From Candidatus Hydrogenedentota bacterium (GTDB lineage Bacteria > Hydrogenedentota > Hydrogenedentia > Hydrogenedentales > JAEUWI01), in NCBI GenBank assembly GCA_034669905.1, contig JAXMOL010000029.1, positions 26,010 to 90,009 of the forward strand: a DNA stretch of 64,000 bases. Reading direction: 5' to 3'. The notes under the pieces were generated by a model. It was not told the origin of the DNA. It ran no database searches and saw nothing but the letters and a program-made list of their open reading frames with translations. Made by a program: the position numbers and the translations under genes. This document shows, one piece after another, positions 61,501 to 64,000 of the stretch. How positions within the stretch are numbered: the first letter of the stretch is position 1; each line of letters starts with the position of its first letter.

Positions 61501-61551
61501 CACGAATGAACACGAACAGAAGGGCTGGCGATATTGTTGGTTTACATTCAT
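58504..61551 (-). CDS. PVC-type membrane-bound dehydrogenase / heme-binding CxxCH protein with C-terminal carbohydrate-binding-like domain
   Basis: LVAAEP propeller, EDTDADGKAD, FRPVNARVGPDGALY, HEAT-like repeats, CVACH; start could alternatively be at 61473. Confidence 0.88.
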   Translation of the reverse strand: MNVNQQYRQPFCSCSFVSIRGCLAALMALLVFSANAPAQDAVPKDRPRVRPPSALTGWADWEKGEALLERIDVPPAPVLTAEEEQKTFQVAPGYRVELVAAEPLVHNPIFFEFDPDGRIWVVEYQGYMRDVYGTGEDEPICRVVVLEDTDADGKADTSTVFMDELVMPRSFAFVKGGLLLQEPPTLWFCEDTDGDLRADRRTEVGEMGKAGNPQHTANGLRYGIDNWLHCADWTKRYRWQDGQLIEEETIKRGQFGVTFDETGRFMTCYENRALFGDYIPAEYILRNPHLHTVFQRGGIDRSAFGVNVDVAPQGQEVFPIRVTPAVTLGALELRDDGRLETYTIASGTTFYDGHQFPADAHRNVFVPESGGHLVGRLKLNDGIAPQATRFYPAEQEFLASTDERFRPVNARVGPDGALYVADMYHGIIEHVIFMVPWLTKQIEERDLSQGNDLGRIWRIVAEDQPIDRHSPKLAEASTPKLVETLGHPNGWHRLTAQRLLLEQADPDAVPGLRKLVTEGAPLAQLHALWTLHGLGALDTATRQHALKSPDERVRAAAIRLSEGEGDMYPALASHASDPSERARLQRALSLGTFDTPEAAARLADILATESHPLFLSAVVSGLQGRELEFLQAWTERDIQNPTVVSLLAQCVLEEANPPRVAALFALFESTPEDRIGQRDAFLQAFARIRYAHPFALAEEPKALTGLMRTADFATREKVFRALNHFTWPGATMPDTLTQNAAPLALEEQARVVAGQELYTVACVACHQPHGGGVPGVAPPLVGSEWVNGPPERIARVLLHGLYGPIEVNGQTWNLSMPSFGVYDDEQIAGLLSYIRRAWGNVADPVAPDLVAEVRQEAADRYLPWRAEELLQVGHDANTLMAIAPEADGTIHLPASKATVFGQRLAYRPTLDVLAPWVVAEDMVEWQVDVKKAGTYDVTVTLAADGESAGDAYVIETENSRTRGEVPDTGGYDRFHPQPSGTLTLRAGTNRILLRPDGPLKKELADVRALQLLPAP

Positions 61552-61919
61552 TGCGTTTTCATTCCTGTCAATTTCCCGCGTTAGTTGAGAACAATATTGG
61601 CCGTGTGATCTCGGAAGATGTAAGGCAGCCGTAAAAACAGGACGTGTCCAACAGGGGGTTGACCATTCCTGGTCGACATAAAGCCCACGTCAGGTTTTGC
61701 AAGGTGCGGGATGTGGTTGCGGTGTCGCAACGTTCTAATATCCTTTCTTCGGCACTTCCGTCCTTTCGTCTTGGACGGCGGGGCGAAACGGAAGTCTCAC
61801 TCTATACACCCGATTCCGCAGGAGCGGAATGGTATGCATTGCTACGGCGGACCGTAGCAACGAGTCTCCTGTTTCTATCTCCAACAACGCTTCGTGCCCT
61901 TCATTCGTTTGTGGTTGCC
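61485..61919. repeat. inward-facing pair of 9-nt-period repeats
   Basis: GGCAACCACGAATGGACACGAATGAACACGAA (61485) versus TTCGTGCCCTTCATTCGTTTGTGGTTGCC (61891-61919). Confidence 0.55.
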
Positions 61920-61938
61920 CATTGAGCGGAGGTCCCAA

Positions 61939-63381
61939 TTATTTCGACAAGCGATTGAGGATGTTCTTCGTGATGATCTCCACTTCGGGGTCGCCACCGC
62001 GGAGGCCGTGGGCCCAGTCCGTGGTGCCGGAGGTGAAGACAGTGCCGCCGCTGGGCTTGGTGTAGACGCCGAGGCAGGCCGCACCGACCCGGCCCTTCTC
62101 CCATTTCTCGTACCACTCGCTGTCGCCGGGGTGCCAACTGGCCGGGGCAGTACCCAACACGGTGAAAGTCTCGGGCGTGCCATCGCGGTAGGTGGGGAAG
62201 GGCAGGCCGTCGCGCCATTCCAATTCGCAGCCATCGCACTCATAGCCCACGACGGTGTTATTGCCACCGAAGCTGTCATCCCGCTTCAGTTCCGTGCCTT
62301 CGAAAATCCAGTGTTCGGGACGGTGCACGGTAAACGCACCGCTGCCATCCATGAACTGGTCGTGACTTTTGTGAAAACCGCCCTGCAAGAAACCGACGCC
62401 CGTCAGTTCGTTTTCGGGTCGCTTGATAAGGTGATGACTCCAGAGCGAGGTGAGCAGGGTGTAGTCCCCCGTGGCGTATACGGGGTCCTTGAAGTAGTTT
62501 TCTTTCCAGCAGGTCAAGGCCCGTCCTTCGTCTTCACTGCGCACCTGCCAGCAGACCGAGTTGCCGCTGAAGAAGGCCACATTGCCGCCCTTGGCAATGA
62601 ATTGCTCCAGGTGGTCCCGCATGGGGGCGGACCAGTATTCATCGTGGCCCACACTCAATACGAGGCGGTAGTGGTCCAGCAATTCCGGGCGAAACTCGAG
62701 GTCGGAGTTCACGGCGTAGTCGAATTCATAGCCGTTTTTCTCGGCCCATTGGATAAAAGGGCGTTCCCAGTTGTTGAACTGACTCGAAGGGGGCCGGTCA
62801 AAGGAGACGCGGTGACCCTGGACGCCCGCCCGGCCGTGGTAGGCGTAGAGACTGGTGCCGCCCCAGTTGTTGTAGGCGTTGTAGGTGTTGGTCGTGAGTT
62901 GGAGCAAGACCTTGGAGTTTTTGCCGGGCTCGGCAGGGCGAACGACAAAGAAGCAGGACGCCTCGGCGGTCCGCCGGCCCCGGTGCACGAACTTGCCCCC
63001 GCCGTCGACGGCGCGGAGTGCGACATGGTAATAGCCGCTCTTCCATTCGGCGGGAATGGTCACACGAAAAGATTCGGGCCATTGGCAGCCGTGGGAGGAG
63101 GCGTTCTCGGGGATGGCGTGGGCCTGTCCGGGAATGTCTTTCCGGGTCCAGACCGATTCATCGGTAGCGCCGAGCCGGGTGATTTCAGCGCTAAAGCGAG
63201 ATGCTCCCGTCGATACGTGGAAGGTGACGTCTTCGCCCGGTGCCACACTAAGTTGTCCTGCGTAGCCTTCGATAAAGAGGGGCGGCGCGGATTCGGCCCG
63301 GGCGTGGGGGGCGAATAGGGCCGTCACCGTGAGGAGAAGGAGGGGCAGTTGAAGGAAAGAAAAGACGGGACGTTGTCGCAT
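61939..63381 (-). CDS. N,N-dimethylformamidase beta-subunit-like (DUF6605-type) secreted protein
   Basis: Signal peptide from MRQRP; IEGYA, WKSGYY, TYNAYNNWGG.SLY, VSFDRP, SVGHDEYWS, GYECD. Confidence 0.85.
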   Translation of the reverse strand: MRQRPVFSFLQLPLLLLTVTALFAPHARAESAPPLFIEGYAGQLSVAPGEDVTFHVSTGASRFSAEITRLGATDESVWTRKDIPGQAHAIPENASSHGCQWPESFRVTIPAEWKSGYYHVALRAVDGGGKFVHRGRRTAEASCFFVVRPAEPGKNSKVLLQLTTNTYNAYNNWGGTSLYAYHGRAGVQGHRVSFDRPPSSQFNNWERPFIQWAEKNGYEFDYAVNSDLEFRPELLDHYRLVLSVGHDEYWSAPMRDHLEQFIAKGGNVAFFSGNSVCWQVRSEDEGRALTCWKENYFKDPVYATGDYTLLTSLWSHHLIKRPENELTGVGFLQGGFHKSHDQFMDGSGAFTVHRPEHWIFEGTELKRDDSFGGNNTVVGYECDGCELEWRDGLPFPTYRDGTPETFTVLGTAPASWHPGDSEWYEKWEKGRVGAACLGVYTKPSGGTVFTSGTTDWAHGLRGGDPEVEIITKNILNRLSK

Positions 63382-63642
63382 AGTGGTGGTTTCCGTTGCG
63401 TAAGAGCTGAGGGCGTGACACGGCACGGGGTGTCGTTTTCGGCCCTGATTTTGTGGTCTCGTTAATAGTCTGATATTGAGGTCAGTTAATCAGAATGTGG
63501 CCGGGGAATCAAGGAGAGGGACGGGCCGTGGTCTACAGAAGTCATTCTCCGTGGCACCCGACGACCTTCTTCGTTTCGCAACGGCCATTGGTGAGGTTGA
63601 CCACACGTATGTTCCATGCGCACGAACTCCACCAAACTCGTC

Positions 63643-63923
63643 TAAATAGGCGAAGATTCATCTCGGACAATTTCCAAGTCATTCGGTTGCCATCTTAGAG
63701 ATTTGGGGCTTGGGAGCGCAGGCGGCTCGCCTGCATTACGTCGAAGACGTAAAAACTACGTGCCTTCGGCCCGAGGCAGGCGGGCCGCCTTCGCTCCCAA
63801 ATGTCAAAGACTTCTTTAATCAATAGTGGCCAAGCCGAACGTCCGCCGGCCTTTTGCAGGCGCTTGCATGCGCTGTCGTAACGAACGAGTTGGATTTGAT
63901 CGAGGTCTACCTTCGCATATCTA
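63643..63923. mobile_element. ~280 bp MITE, full copy
   Basis: TA-AATAGGCGAAG...CTTCGCATATC-TA; highly similar to 44874-45155. Confidence 0.88.
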
Positions 63924-64000
63924 AATAGGCGAAGATTCATCTCGGACATTTTCCAAGTCATTCGGTTGCCATCTTAAAGATTTGGGGCTTGGGAGCGCAG
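63922..64000. mobile_element. tandem MITE copy truncated by the window end
   Basis: Restarts TAAATAGGCGAAGATTCATCTCGG with a 279 bp period, sharing a single TA with the previous copy. Confidence 0.88.

Overview
A GC-rich bacterial chromosomal segment. A (GE)12-linker lipoprotein and many PVC-style secreted enzymes suggest Candidatus Hydrogenedentes or a similar lineage (inference). It starts with an initiator tRNA-Met whose 3' end recurs at 5207-5225, delimiting a possible ~5 kb integrase-less island. Most of the window encodes secreted glycan-catabolism-type proteins (three sulfatases, a sialidase-like protein, a GH-like protein, three Tat-exported Gfo/Idh/MocA oxidoreductases, FG-GAP proteins), a heme peroxidase-YHYH-CotH-EF-hand / two-component / TolC-MacAB locus with CusR/CopR-like boxes, a di-heme protein, and ppc. 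The most unusual region is ~11020-16480. It is a mosaic cassette array in which three fragments of the same large-protein coding sequence, a start-less C-terminal module, two orphan secreted genes, a ~440 bp duplication and a probable HUH/Y1-transposase 3' remnant are cut off at recurring GGGACGGACTAC / GTAGTCTGTCCC-type end motifs. This resembles a transposase-assembled polymorphic toxin/immunity cassette system (inference). A ~280 bp TA-flanked MITE with a nested REP doublet occurs as two full copies, one truncated by the window end and one internal fragment. Product calls come from motif recognition by eye; no database searches were run.
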